Assembly (NCBI GenBank): GCA_963781585.1
Contig: CAWAGQ010000005.1
Location: forward strand, 320,001-384,000
Length of the DNA stretch: 64,000 bases
DNA from: an uncultured Gemmatimonadaceae bacterium
Lineage (GTDB): Bacteria > Gemmatimonadota > Gemmatimonadetes > Gemmatimonadales > Gemmatimonadaceae
Reading direction: 5' to 3'
The notes beneath the pieces are model-generated. The model saw nothing but the letters and a program-made list of their open reading frames with translations, did no database searches and was not told where the DNA came from. A program made the translations under genes and the position numbers. Of this stretch, positions 30,479 through 39,872 are shown piece after piece (position 1 is the first letter of the stretch; each line of letters starts with the position of its first letter).

Positions 30479-31897
30479 ATGGCTTCCTCGACCTTGACTC
30501 CGACATCTGTGACGCGGAACCGAACGCCATATGAGTCGGTGCTGGACACGATCGGCTGGACGCCGCTCATCCGTCTTACGAGAGTCACGCGTGGCATGCG
30601 CACCCGGGTCTATGGGAAGGCCGAGTTCTTCAATCCAGGGGGGTCCCTCAAGGATCGTATCGGCTTGCCCATCATCGAGCAGGCCGAGCGCGAGGGGCGC
30701 CTCAGGCCGGGTGGGGTGATTGTCGAGGGGACCAGCGGCAATACGGGTGTGGGCCTGGCGATCGCGGCGGCGATCAAGGGGTATCGCTGCGTGTTCACGT
30801 TGCCGGACAAGATGTCCCAGGAGAAAGTGCGGCTGCTGAAGGCGTTCGGGGCCGAGGTGATCATAACGCCGACTGCAGTCCCCCCGGATCATCCCGACAA
30901 CTACGTGATGGTCGCGAAGCGCATCGCCGCGGAGACGCCTAACGCGGTACTGGCGAATCAATTCGACAACCAAGCCAATCCGGCGGCGCACTACGCGACG
31001 ACAGGGCCGGAGCTGTGGGAGCAGTCCGAGGGGCGCATCACGCATTTCGTTTCGGCGGCCGGCACCGGGGGCAACCTGACCGGTGTCGGCCGCTATCTGA
31101 AGGAGCGAAATCCCAGGATTCAGATCATTGCCGGCGATCCGCAGGGCTCGATCCTGGCGGAGCAGTGGCGCAGTCAGGGGCATTCGCGTGTCGAGGGGAC
31201 GCCGTACAAGGTGGAGGGCGTGGGCCAGGACAAACTTCCCGGGACGCTCGATATGAGCGTGATCGACGAGTTTCAGACGGTAAGCGACAAGGATGCGTTC
31301 GCGATGGCTCGCCGACTGACGCGCGAAGAGGGCCTGTTCGTGGGCGGGTCCAGCGGACTTATCACCTGCGTGGCGTTGAGCGTCGCACGGCGCGTGAATG
31401 ACCCCCAGGCCTTCGTGGTGACGCTGTTGTGCGATACTGGGGAGCGGTACCTGTCGAAGCTGTACAACGATGAGTGGATGCGCGAGAACCAGCTGCTGAA
31501 CGTCGAACGCGTCACGCTGGAGCACGTACTCCGCGGGAAGCCGGACGGGATGGCGGCGGTGGTGAGTGCGACGCCGGGAGCGACAGTGCGGCAGGCGCTG
31601 CGGCTGATGACGCTGCACGACGTATCACAGTTGCCGGTGATGGACGGTGCAACCTGCGTGGGGTCGGTGAGCGAGGCCTCGCTCACGGCACGGGCACTGG
31701 AGCGACCCGACTTGCTGGATGCCGTCGTGAGCGACGCAATGGACGCTCCCTTTCCGGTCGTTGATGCGGGGATGCCAGCGGACGCGGTGGCAAAGGTGCT
31801 CTCAAAGAGTAATCCGGCGGTGCTCGTGCAGACCCAGGGCGCAGTGGAGGGAATCGTGACGCGCTCGGATCTGCTCCATTTCATGATGTCACGCTGA
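30479..31897 (+). CDS. cbs: Cystathionine beta-synthase (PLP domain plus CBS pair)
   Basis: NPGGSLKDRIG, EGTSGNTG, GTGGN, YKVEGVG; C-terminal VSQLPV and GIVTRSDLL. Confidence 0.92.
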   Translation: MASSTLTPTSVTRNRTPYESVLDTIGWTPLIRLTRVTRGMRTRVYGKAEFFNPGGSLKDRIGLPIIEQAEREGRLRPGGVIVEGTSGNTGVGLAIAAAIKGYRCVFTLPDKMSQEKVRLLKAFGAEVIITPTAVPPDHPDNYVMVAKRIAAETPNAVLANQFDNQANPAAHYATTGPELWEQSEGRITHFVSAAGTGGNLTGVGRYLKERNPRIQIIAGDPQGSILAEQWRSQGHSRVEGTPYKVEGVGQDKLPGTLDMSVIDEFQTVSDKDAFAMARRLTREEGLFVGGSSGLITCVALSVARRVNDPQAFVVTLLCDTGERYLSKLYNDEWMRENQLLNVERVTLEHVLRGKPDGMAAVVSATPGATVRQALRLMTLHDVSQLPVMDGATCVGSVSEASLTARALERPDLLDAVVSDAMDAPFPVVDAGMPADAVAKVLSKSNPAVLVQTQGAVEGIVTRSDLLHFMMSR

Positions 31898-32036
31898 ATC
31901 CGGGCGCATTGACGATGACTGGGATGTTGTGGACCGCGCGACGTGGGTTGACGCCAGTCCGGCAACCGGAGCGATTCCGATTGTCCGCTCGCCGTGGTCG
32001 CGTCGCAGGTCACGAAACCGTGAGTGGTCCGGTACC

Positions 32037-33086
32037 GTGAGAATTACGGTGCTCATGGGCGGAACATCCGCCGAACGAGATGTCTCCATGTCATCCGGGC
32101 TGCGTATTGCGCAGGCGCTGCGCAGTCGCGGCCACGACGTGACGTCGCTCGATACGGCGCTGGGCGGGATCGATGTGGCGCAGGAACAGGCGTTGCTCGA
32201 CTCGGGCGTGGGCACGGCACCGCCGTCGCAGGACGCGCTGGCATCGATGTCACGGTCGGCGATCTGGCCGGCGCTGGGGTCGCTGCCGGTGATCCGGGAG
32301 GCAGACGTCGTTTTTCTGGCCCTTCACGGAGGAGACGGGGAGGATGGCACGCTGCAGGCGTTCCTGGATCTGTGCGGGGTGCGCTATACGGGGAGCGGGC
32401 CCCTCGGCAGCGCGCTGGCAATGGACAAGGAGCTGTCCAAGAAGTTGTTTCGCGCGGACGGGGTACGGACACCGGATTGGCTGATGGCGCCGCCGACACG
32501 AGGTACGGACCAAGGCTGGGATTCGACGGCCTTCCTCGAGGCGGTCGACCAGCACTTACGCTTCCCGGTGATCGTGAAGCCGTCGAAGCAGGGCTCAACG
32601 GTGGGCCTAACGCTCGTGAAGAAGCGACCGGACCTGGTCGCGGCGATCGACGAGGCGTTTCGGTATGATGATGAGGTCATGCTGGAGGAGTACATTCCGG
32701 GGCGTGAACTGACCGTGGCGATTCTCGGCGACTCGGCGCTGCCGGTGGGGGAGATCATCGCGGAGCACGAGATCTATGATTATGAGTGCAAGTACACGAA
32801 GGGGATGGCTGTGGAGGAGTTTCCCGCCCGGCTCACGAGCGAGCAGGCCCGCACCGTCCAGGAGGACGCGAAGCGGGCTTTCACCTCGCTGAAGCTTCGC
32901 GGGTATGGGCGGATTGACTTCCGTCTGAGCCCGCAAGGTGGTTCTTTCTGTCTGGAGGCGAACACCCTTCCGGGGATGACCGAGCTGAGCCTGGTGCCAC
33001 AAGCCGCGGCCGCAGCGGGGATGTCATTTCCGGAGCTCTGCGAGCGCATCGTACAGCTTGCATTCAACGAAAGGGGCGAACGGTAA
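32037..33086 (+). CDS. ddl: D-alanine--D-alanine ligase
   Basis: GGTSAERDVS, LHGGDGEDG, YDYECKY, LEANTLPGMT. Confidence 0.96.
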   Translation: MRITVLMGGTSAERDVSMSSGLRIAQALRSRGHDVTSLDTALGGIDVAQEQALLDSGVGTAPPSQDALASMSRSAIWPALGSLPVIREADVVFLALHGGDGEDGTLQAFLDLCGVRYTGSGPLGSALAMDKELSKKLFRADGVRTPDWLMAPPTRGTDQGWDSTAFLEAVDQHLRFPVIVKPSKQGSTVGLTLVKKRPDLVAAIDEAFRYDDEVMLEEYIPGRELTVAILGDSALPVGEIIAEHEIYDYECKYTKGMAVEEFPARLTSEQARTVQEDAKRAFTSLKLRGYGRIDFRLSPQGGSFCLEANTLPGMTELSLVPQAAAAAGMSFPELCERIVQLAFNERGER

Positions 33087-33087
33087 C

Positions 33088-33747
33088 ATGGGAGCTACAC
33101 CAGTACTTGCTGCGGCCCTGGCCGGCATTCCGGCGGGCATACAGAGGCAGGGCATCTGCGCTGGGCGGCGGCAGCTGTTCGTTCGGTTCGCCGGGCCGGC
33201 GGAGACCGCGCAGATGTATACGTCCGACGCATTGGCTCGCGAGCTGAATCGCGCGCTGTCACGCACGGTTTTCCATTCGGTGTGCGTCACGGGCCGGGAC
33301 GCGCTGGGCAACCCGGAGTTCCTGGCTGCCGCGTTTCGGCAACTCCCGCCGGCGTGCGAGATCGTGGTCGATACGGACGGGCAGCGTCCCGAGTCCCTGG
33401 CCGCGCTGCAGCCATTCGTGAAGCTCCTGCAGCTGACGGTAGAGCCGCCAGTTTCGGCCGCCGTACTCGAGCGTGGGATGGAGACCATTCGCACGGCAGC
33501 ACGCGCCGGTTGCGCACACGCGGTAACGATCGCGGGTACCGATGAGGCCAGTGACGCGGATTATCTGCAGATCGTCGAGCTGACGCGTGACGCCAGTTCG
33601 GCGGCGGCGATCGTGATTCACCCCGGGCCAGGCGCGGAACGGGGAGCGCTGGACAAGCGTTGGAGCGTGCTCATGGAGCATGCGTCGTCACGGCATCGCG
33701 ACGTGAGGCTGGTGTCGCGGTTGACCGGGCCGTCGACCATGCGCTAA
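33088..33747 (+). CDS. QueE-like protein lacking the radical-SAM CxxxCxxC motif
   Basis: GIQRQGICAGRRQLFVRFAG, HSVCVTGRDAL and VDTDG recall QueE SIQGEG..GRRQIFVRFAGC, SLTGGEPL and ETNG. Confidence 0.65.
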   Translation: MGATPVLAAALAGIPAGIQRQGICAGRRQLFVRFAGPAETAQMYTSDALARELNRALSRTVFHSVCVTGRDALGNPEFLAAAFRQLPPACEIVVDTDGQRPESLAALQPFVKLLQLTVEPPVSAAVLERGMETIRTAARAGCAHAVTIAGTDEASDADYLQIVELTRDASSAAAIVIHPGPGAERGALDKRWSVLMEHASSRHRDVRLVSRLTGPSTMR

Positions 33748-33838
33748 CGGGTGCCGCGTGTACGTCGTGTCGCCGGGTGGAGGAACAGATGCCTGACGGA
33801 CGTGATAGAAATATGGAATTCAGTCATCCCCGTGCCGC

Positions 33839-34756
33839 ATGACCGCCCTGTCTATCGAAGAGCTCGAGAGTTCGCATCGTCCACGCGCCGTGCAGTGGCT
33901 GATCGCGCTGAACGTCGCGGTCTTCTACGTGCAATGGAATTTCGTGGGCTCCGGCAACATGGGGCATGCGCTCGGGTTCACATCGCGCAACCTGTCCGAC
34001 GCGCCATGGACGGTGGTGTCGCTCGTCACGTACATGTTTGTGCACGCAGGCGTGTGGCAGCTGGTGCTGAACATGTACATGTTGTGGCTTTTTGGTCCCC
34101 GGCTGGAGCGTGTCTGGAGCGCTGGCGAATTCACGCGCTATTACATCCTGTGTGCTCTCGGGGGCTGGCTGTTCCATCTTCTGTTTGCGCGTGACAGTCT
34201 CCTCGTGGGGTCCTCGGCGGCGGTCCTGGGCGTGATGCTGGCATATGCGGCGCGGTGGCCGGACGACGAGGTCTATCTGTTCGGCATGATGCCCGTGCGG
34301 GCCCGTTGGCTCGCACCAGCGATGGGCGGCGTGCTCGTGGGCGCCGGCGTGCTTGGCGGTGGAGACGCTTCCGGAGTGGCGTATCTGGCGCACGTGGGGG
34401 GGATTGCGGCCGGATGGCTGTATCTCCGGTCGTCGATGTCGACCAGCATCGACCGATTGCGGCAGCGGGTCTCGCAGCTCCCCGATGTCGCCGAGGAATT
34501 GCCGCGCGCCATTCCGCGTTCGATGCCGCGGGTGCGGGAGCGGGGAGGCGTGATCGACGACGTTGTGGCGCGGAGCAATGCCGCGCTCAGCCAGCGGGCC
34601 GTCAAGGCGTCCCCGGCCCCTGGCCGGGAAGGGCATCAGCTGACCGATCTCAACGTGGTCCTGGACAAGATCTCACAGCAGGGGATCGACAGCCTAACGA
34701 GCGATGAGCGCAAGCTGCTGGAGGAGATGTCGCAGGAGTTGCGGCGCAAGGAGTAG
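33839..34756 (+). CDS. Rhomboid family intramembrane serine protease with a C-terminal DUF6576-like tail
   Basis: TYMFVH, NMYMLWLFG, GSS (Ser), AYLAHVGG (His), VLDKISQQGIDSLT. Confidence 0.88.
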   Translation: MTALSIEELESSHRPRAVQWLIALNVAVFYVQWNFVGSGNMGHALGFTSRNLSDAPWTVVSLVTYMFVHAGVWQLVLNMYMLWLFGPRLERVWSAGEFTRYYILCALGGWLFHLLFARDSLLVGSSAAVLGVMLAYAARWPDDEVYLFGMMPVRARWLAPAMGGVLVGAGVLGGGDASGVAYLAHVGGIAAGWLYLRSSMSTSIDRLRQRVSQLPDVAEELPRAIPRSMPRVRERGGVIDDVVARSNAALSQRAVKASPAPGREGHQLTDLNVVLDKISQQGIDSLTSDERKLLEEMSQELRRKE

Positions 34757-35030
34757 AGGGCCCACCGCGAACTCGCCCTGGCGGCCGAGTGCCGCCCCCG
34801 GGGAGCAGGCGTCGGTCAGCGTGACTATCCAAGAAAGAGCCCCCCGGACATGCCGGGGGGCGGGTGCCGCCACGCCGTTCTCGCGGCGGCGACTGCCGGC
34901 GCATACGCGCCAGCTTCCGGAAGGTACGGGCGGGCGCCGGAGCTGTCCATCCCGCGTACCGCATTTCGTGTCGACCGTGCGCCGCGGCGCGTTGCTGGCG
35001 TGACGGAGACCAAAGGTAGATTGTACTGTC

Positions 35031-35444
35031 ATGCCCCAGCCGGATCTCCTGGAAACGTTTCCGAATCCCCACCCGGGCCGGCCATACGAGGTTCATCTCA
35101 TCTGCTCGGAGTTCACCTCGCTCTGTCCCATCGGGGGAGTGGAGAGCGATGCCGCGGAGCTGTCACTGCTCAAAGGCGGAGCACCGGATTTCGGAGTCAT
35201 CGAAATCACGTACATCCCCGCCGAACGCTGCGTGGAGTTGAAGAGCCTGAAGCTGTATCTCTGGAGCTACCGGAACGACGGGGTCTTTTACGAACGCGCG
35301 GTGAACCGCATTCTGGACGATCTCCAGGAGCGGCTGGCGGCGCGGTGGATCCGGGTGAGGGGAGATTTCAACGTGCGCGGGGGAATCAAGTCGATCATCA
35401 GCGCAACGGCCGGGGCCCCACCGGTCGGGAGCGAGGGTCGTTAG
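35031..35444 (+). CDS. queF: NADPH-dependent preQ0 reductase QueF (type I)
   Basis: LETFPNP, EFTSLCP, PDF, ELKSLKLY, FNVRGGI. Confidence 0.93.
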   Translation: MPQPDLLETFPNPHPGRPYEVHLICSEFTSLCPIGGVESDAAELSLLKGGAPDFGVIEITYIPAERCVELKSLKLYLWSYRNDGVFYERAVNRILDDLQERLAARWIRVRGDFNVRGGIKSIISATAGAPPVGSEGR

Positions 35445-35580
35445 GCCGACAGGCGGAACAGACCTTTCTGACGGTCGATTCCCGCGGGGATTCGCGCCGG
35501 ACGTGACGCCAGTCCCGGTGTGCGCGATCGGCGGCACGACTTGGCGATGCGCCTGGGGGCTGGTTACGTTTCTCGCCTCC

Positions 35581-35653
35581 GGCTAGGTAGCTCAGTTGGT
35601 AGAGCAGCGGACTGAAAATCCGTGTGTCGGCAGTTCGATTCTGCCCCTAGCCA
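35581..35653 (+). tRNA. tRNA-Phe (GAA); CCA not encoded
   Basis: Acceptor GGCTAGG/CCTAGCC, D-arm AGCTCAGTTGGTAGAGC, anticodon loop CTGAAAA, T-loop TTCGATT. Confidence 0.97.
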
Positions 35654-35720
35654 CTGGCAACCCACGATGGCGGACGGTCCGATGCTCCATTTGCCGGCCG
35701 TCATGGCGATGGCCAACGTC

Positions 35721-35939
35721 TCAGGGCCGTGCTTCAGACTGCGGGCGCGCCGATGTCGCCTGGTTCGATGAAGACGGCGAGCCCGCGAACCCCTCGATCA
35801 TCCTCCGGGAGAAGGCCGGGAGGGCTGCGGGCGTGAGGCTGGTGACGAGGCGCTCTTCCCCAGCCACCTCGCGCGCAACCCAGTCACCGGCGGTGTTGCA
35901 AACGTCGGTTTGGAGCGATGGCAGGGAGGTCAATTCGCC
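35721..35939 (-). pseudogene. Degenerate C-terminal remnant of a PfpI/DJ-1 family protein
   Basis: GELTSLPSLQTDVCNTAGDWVAREV...LVTSLTPAALPAFSRRMIEGFA resembles the PfpI C-terminus; no recognisable N-terminal part. Confidence 0.55.
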
Positions 35940-36107
35940 GTGCGGGCATCCGCGGATGACGCCCTCCCCGGGCGAAATTGGGCTGGTCCCCGCACGGACT
36001 TCCCGGGTAACCGGGGCGCGGTCCCGCACACGCCGCCCGGGTAACCAATTGTGCCCGAGGCCGCTGATGGCACATGATTGTCGCAGTGCGCGATTATTGC
36101 GCGCCCG

Positions 36108-37379
36108 ATGGCTCATTCCCCGCACATGAAGCCGCCACCGTTGCGATCGAGGTCCTCGCCGGTGGAGGTCCGTGATCCCAGAGTCCACGCCTTTCACCGG
36201 GCGCTGGCGTCACTTCCGGCGGCGTTGTTCCAGTTCGACCCGCGGATGCGAGAGGGATGGTATACCGATCGGTATTTCGTACGGACTGCGGAAACAATCG
36301 CCCTAAACGGCCGTGATCCGGTGGTGACGATGCAGGTGTTCGCCAAGCAGTATGGCGTCATCGCCGGCATCTACGAGGCGATTCGCATGCTGCACACCCA
36401 GCTGGCTCCGCATCCCGTGAGCGGACGACTGTATTCGCCCGACGAGTTCACAATTGACGCGCTCATGGATGGCGACGCGATCGCTCCGTTCGAAACGGCG
36501 CTGGTCATCAATGGACCGTACCTCGCCTACGCGCACCTGGAGACGGACTACCTCGGTGTTCTAGCCCGCCGGTCGTTGGTGGCGTCGAACGTCCGGCGCG
36601 TCATCGATGCGGCGAACGGCAAGCCGGTGATCTTCATGGGCGCCAGGCACGATGACTGGCGGGTGCAGACGCCCGACGGGTACGCCGCGCGGGTGGGCGG
36701 CGCGGGCAGCGTCGCGAGCGATGCGGGCGGAGCGTGGTGGGGCGCCTCGGGCGTCGGCACCATGCCGCACGCGATGATCGCGGCTTTCCGCGGCGACACG
36801 GTCGCGGCGACGCTGGCGTTCGCTCGCTATTGCCGGCAGGTGGAACCAGAGGTAAGGGTCGTGAGTCTGGTCGACTATGCCAATGATGTCGTGCGTGATG
36901 CCCTGGCCGTGGCGCGGGCGATGCGTGACACGTTCGGGGCCGGGGTGCTCGCGGCGGTCCGGGTAGATACGAGCGAGAGTCTGGTGGATGCATCCCTCGC
37001 CGAAGAAGCATCACGGCGAGGTCCCGAGGGGCTGCTTGGGGTGAATCCGAAGCTCGTCAGGCAGCTGCGTTCGGCGCTCGACGGCGCGGGCTTCCCGAAT
37101 GTGGGGATCATCGTCTCGGGTGGGTTCACCCCGGCGAAGATTCGCCGCTTCGAGAAGGAAGGGGTTCCGGTCACCGGGTATGGTATCGGGTCCAGCCTTC
37201 TCGGCCACAACGACGGCGTGGTGGACGGATTGCTGAACGATTTCGACTTCACCGCGGATGTCGTTGCAGTTGACGGCCAACCGGAGAGCAAGGCGGGGCG
37301 TGGACTATCGCCCAATCCGCGCCTGATTCGATTGGATCCCGATCTCCTCGGCCAGGCGGAGCGTCGGGACCCGCGATGA
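36108..37379 (+). CDS. Nicotinate phosphoribosyltransferase-like (QAPRTase-fold) protein
   Basis: YTDRYF, LETDYLGVLAR, GTMPHAMI, VRVDTS, IIVSGGF, DFTADVV. Confidence 0.82.
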   Translation: MAHSPHMKPPPLRSRSSPVEVRDPRVHAFHRALASLPAALFQFDPRMREGWYTDRYFVRTAETIALNGRDPVVTMQVFAKQYGVIAGIYEAIRMLHTQLAPHPVSGRLYSPDEFTIDALMDGDAIAPFETALVINGPYLAYAHLETDYLGVLARRSLVASNVRRVIDAANGKPVIFMGARHDDWRVQTPDGYAARVGGAGSVASDAGGAWWGASGVGTMPHAMIAAFRGDTVAATLAFARYCRQVEPEVRVVSLVDYANDVVRDALAVARAMRDTFGAGVLAAVRVDTSESLVDASLAEEASRRGPEGLLGVNPKLVRQLRSALDGAGFPNVGIIVSGGFTPAKIRRFEKEGVPVTGYGIGSSLLGHNDGVVDGLLNDFDFTADVVAVDGQPESKAGRGLSPNPRLIRLDPDLLGQAERRDPR

Positions 37380-37515
37380 GGCGGTGGCACGATCAGTGAA
37401 CGTGCCTGGCTCCTGATGACACGCGCGGCACCTGCCCGGCGCAGTGGATGCCCAACCCGTGGCCTGGTGCTGGGGCCTGCGGGGGCACGATACCACTACT
37501 CAGCTTCCCGGCAGC

Positions 37516-38091
37516 TCAGAATGCAATGGCGATGCGAAGGCCGTTGCGTGGTCCTGGAAGGATCGACACACGGCGCGGCAGCGGGACACCGACCCATTGC
37601 TCGGCGCGAAATCGCGAGCCGACAAATCCGCCGATGACGGCTCCAGCGAGTGCACCCAGCCCGGTGGTCAATGGCCGGCTGTACTTGCGCGAGGTGTCAG
37701 ATGGTGTGAAGGACGCCGCGAAGATCAGCCCGCCCAGCGCACCGCCAGCCGCGCCGATGACCGCGCCGCGCCGGATAAACGGGCCGTAGGAGCGGCGCTG
37801 CCCGATGCTGGTCTCGATGCGTTGCACCTGGTCGAGCGTGACGGACCAAAGGCCTCGACCGACGCCCTCTTCGACGAGCACCAGGGTATCGGCGCGCATT
37901 TCGACGTAGTTGGCAATGAGGGGAGTAACAAAAACAGTGGCATGCACTCGCACACGCGCGCCCGGTACGAGCGGGGTGCTCCCCGGGGCGGCGGGGTCTC
38001 GCTGCTGCGCGCGCGCACGGTGTGCAGGCACCGCGAGGAACGCAACTGCCATCACTAAGGCTTGCAGACGCAAAAGGTTAGTCCTCGGCAT
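37516..38091 (-). CDS. Hypothetical exported protein with glycine-zipper helices
   Basis: Signal peptide ending ARA-QQ; GAVIGAAGGALGG and GALAGAVIGG. Confidence 0.65.
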   Translation of the reverse strand: MPRTNLLRLQALVMAVAFLAVPAHRARAQQRDPAAPGSTPLVPGARVRVHATVFVTPLIANYVEMRADTLVLVEEGVGRGLWSVTLDQVQRIETSIGQRRSYGPFIRRGAVIGAAGGALGGLIFAASFTPSDTSRKYSRPLTTGLGALAGAVIGGFVGSRFRAEQWVGVPLPRRVSILPGPRNGLRIAIAF

Positions 38092-38358
38092 CGATCGGCT
38101 CAGAGATCCACAACCAGACCTACCGCGAATAGTAAACCGTGTTACCTGCCAAGTCGTGGTGGCCAACAATCCGTACTAGGACGGTCCAGATCCCTGTCGC
38201 GTAATTCCTATTGCTGCCAACGCTTCCGGGCCGCCGTTGTACGCGCCCCACGCCGCGAGGCACTACGCCGGATCCAACCATTCGAGGGCAACCGGATCAG
38301 GGCGCCCTCTCGGCGGGGCAGGTGCCTGATTCCGCGCTTGTCGCCGGGCGGCTGCGAG

Positions 38359-38410
38359 GCGGACCGAGGGAGGCCGCCTCATGAGCGGACCGAGTGAGGC
38401 CGCCTCATGA
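38359..38410. repeat. Tandem 26-bp duplication with an internal palindrome
   Basis: GCGGACCGAG(G/T)GAGGCCGCCTCATGA x2, 25/26 identical; partial third copy at 38418-38425. Confidence 0.85.
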
Positions 38411-38482
38411 ATGGTGTGCGGACCGTGACCGGTCTAACTTGGGTTGGTCAGAGTCGCATCGCCGCACCCAGAACCAGACGAC

Positions 38483-39802
38483 ATGCACTCCGTCCACACA
38501 CTCACCGACGTTCGCACGATCGTCGAACGACAGCGTGTCAGCCCCAGTGATGTCGCGCCCGTCGCCGGGTCCCTGGAAGGCTCAGAGATCCTGAGGATTG
38601 CGGCCGACGTTCGTGCACGCATCGCGGCGGGGGAGGGCGTCTGCAATCTCACCGTCGGCGACTTCGATCCCCGCCAATTCAGAATTCCGAAGGTCCTCGA
38701 AGAGGAAACGATCGAGGCGCTGCGGCAGGGGCAAACCAACTACCCCCCGTCGGCGGGAATGCCGGTGTTGCGGGAAGCCGTGGCGGCCTTCTACGAGCGC
38801 GAACTCGGCCTGCGCTATCCGGTGGAATCGATTCTGATCACGGCGGGGTCGCGGCCAGGTGTCTACGGCACGTATCGAACGGTAGTTGGGGAAGGTGACC
38901 GAGTGGCCTACGGCGTCCCATCCTGGAACAACAACTACTACTGCCATATGGCGCGCGCTGCGGAGGTTCCCGTGCCGTGTGCCCCGGCGGCCGCGTTCCT
39001 GCCGTCACGGGAACAACTCGAGCCGGCCCTGCGCGGGGCCAGAATGCTCGCGCTCAATTCTCCGCTGAATCCCTGCGGTACCGCCTACGATGCCGAAACG
39101 TTAGGCGATATCTGTGACCTGGTTCTGGAGGAAAACGCGCGGCGCGCTCCGAGCGACGGGCCCCTGTATGTGATGTACGATCAGGTGTACTGGCAGCTCA
39201 CGTTCGGCGCCACACAGCATGTCGATCCGGTGTCGCTGCGCCCCGAGATGGCGCGGTTTACGGTGTACGTTGATGGGATCTCCAAGGCGTTTGCGGCCAC
39301 CGGCATGCGGGTGGGCTGGGTGATCGGCCCCCGGCACGTTATCAGCGTGATGAACAACGTGCTGGGACATATCGGTACATGGGCACCGCGAGCCGAGCAG
39401 ATCGCCACGGCGAGGCTGCTGGGTGAGACCGAGGCCATCGAGGAGTTTCGTGCGCAACTCGTGGCTGGAGTGCAGGCCCGCCTTGACCTGCTCTTCCGCG
39501 GCATTCGGGAGCTTCACAAAGCGGGGCACCCGGTTGACGCGATCGAGCCGATGGGTGCGATCTACCTGAGTGCGCAAATCGACCTGTTTGGCCGGACCAC
39601 GCGTGAGGGAGCGCCCCTCCGCTCCAGCGACGATATCCGGGGGTGGCTGCTCCGGGAGGCCGGGCTGGCCGTGGTTCCGTTCAGTGCGTTCGGCGCAGGC
39701 GACATGAAGGCCTGGTTCCGCCTGTCCGTGGGCGCAGTGTCGCCTGCGGAAATAGAAGCTGCGCTTCCGCGCCTCCGCGCTGGTCTCGAGTCGCTCCGCT
39801 AG
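38483..39802 (+). CDS. PLP-dependent aminotransferase class I/II (aspartate aminotransferase-like)
   Basis: NSPLNPCG, YDQVY, GISKAFAATGMRVGW, WFRLS. Confidence 0.92.
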   Translation: MHSVHTLTDVRTIVERQRVSPSDVAPVAGSLEGSEILRIAADVRARIAAGEGVCNLTVGDFDPRQFRIPKVLEEETIEALRQGQTNYPPSAGMPVLREAVAAFYERELGLRYPVESILITAGSRPGVYGTYRTVVGEGDRVAYGVPSWNNNYYCHMARAAEVPVPCAPAAAFLPSREQLEPALRGARMLALNSPLNPCGTAYDAETLGDICDLVLEENARRAPSDGPLYVMYDQVYWQLTFGATQHVDPVSLRPEMARFTVYVDGISKAFAATGMRVGWVIGPRHVISVMNNVLGHIGTWAPRAEQIATARLLGETEAIEEFRAQLVAGVQARLDLLFRGIRELHKAGHPVDAIEPMGAIYLSAQIDLFGRTTREGAPLRSSDDIRGWLLREAGLAVVPFSAFGAGDMKAWFRLSVGAVSPAEIEAALPRLRAGLESLR

Positions 39803-39872
39803 CGACTCGCTCCACTCGAGACCGTCCGCTCTTAACTGCTGTGTTATCTCTGATTCACAAGGAGAGTTATCC

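Noticed and set aside
34757..35030. preQ1 riboswitch upstream of queF
   Set aside because: No preQ1 stem-loop with an A-rich tail; only a GC hairpin at 34839-34861.
35654..36100. Prophage or island integrated at tRNA-Phe
   Set aside because: No integrase and no duplicated tRNA 3' end seen in the window.
38359..38425. Mini CRISPR array
   Set aside because: The repeats are directly adjacent with no spacers, and no cas genes are present.
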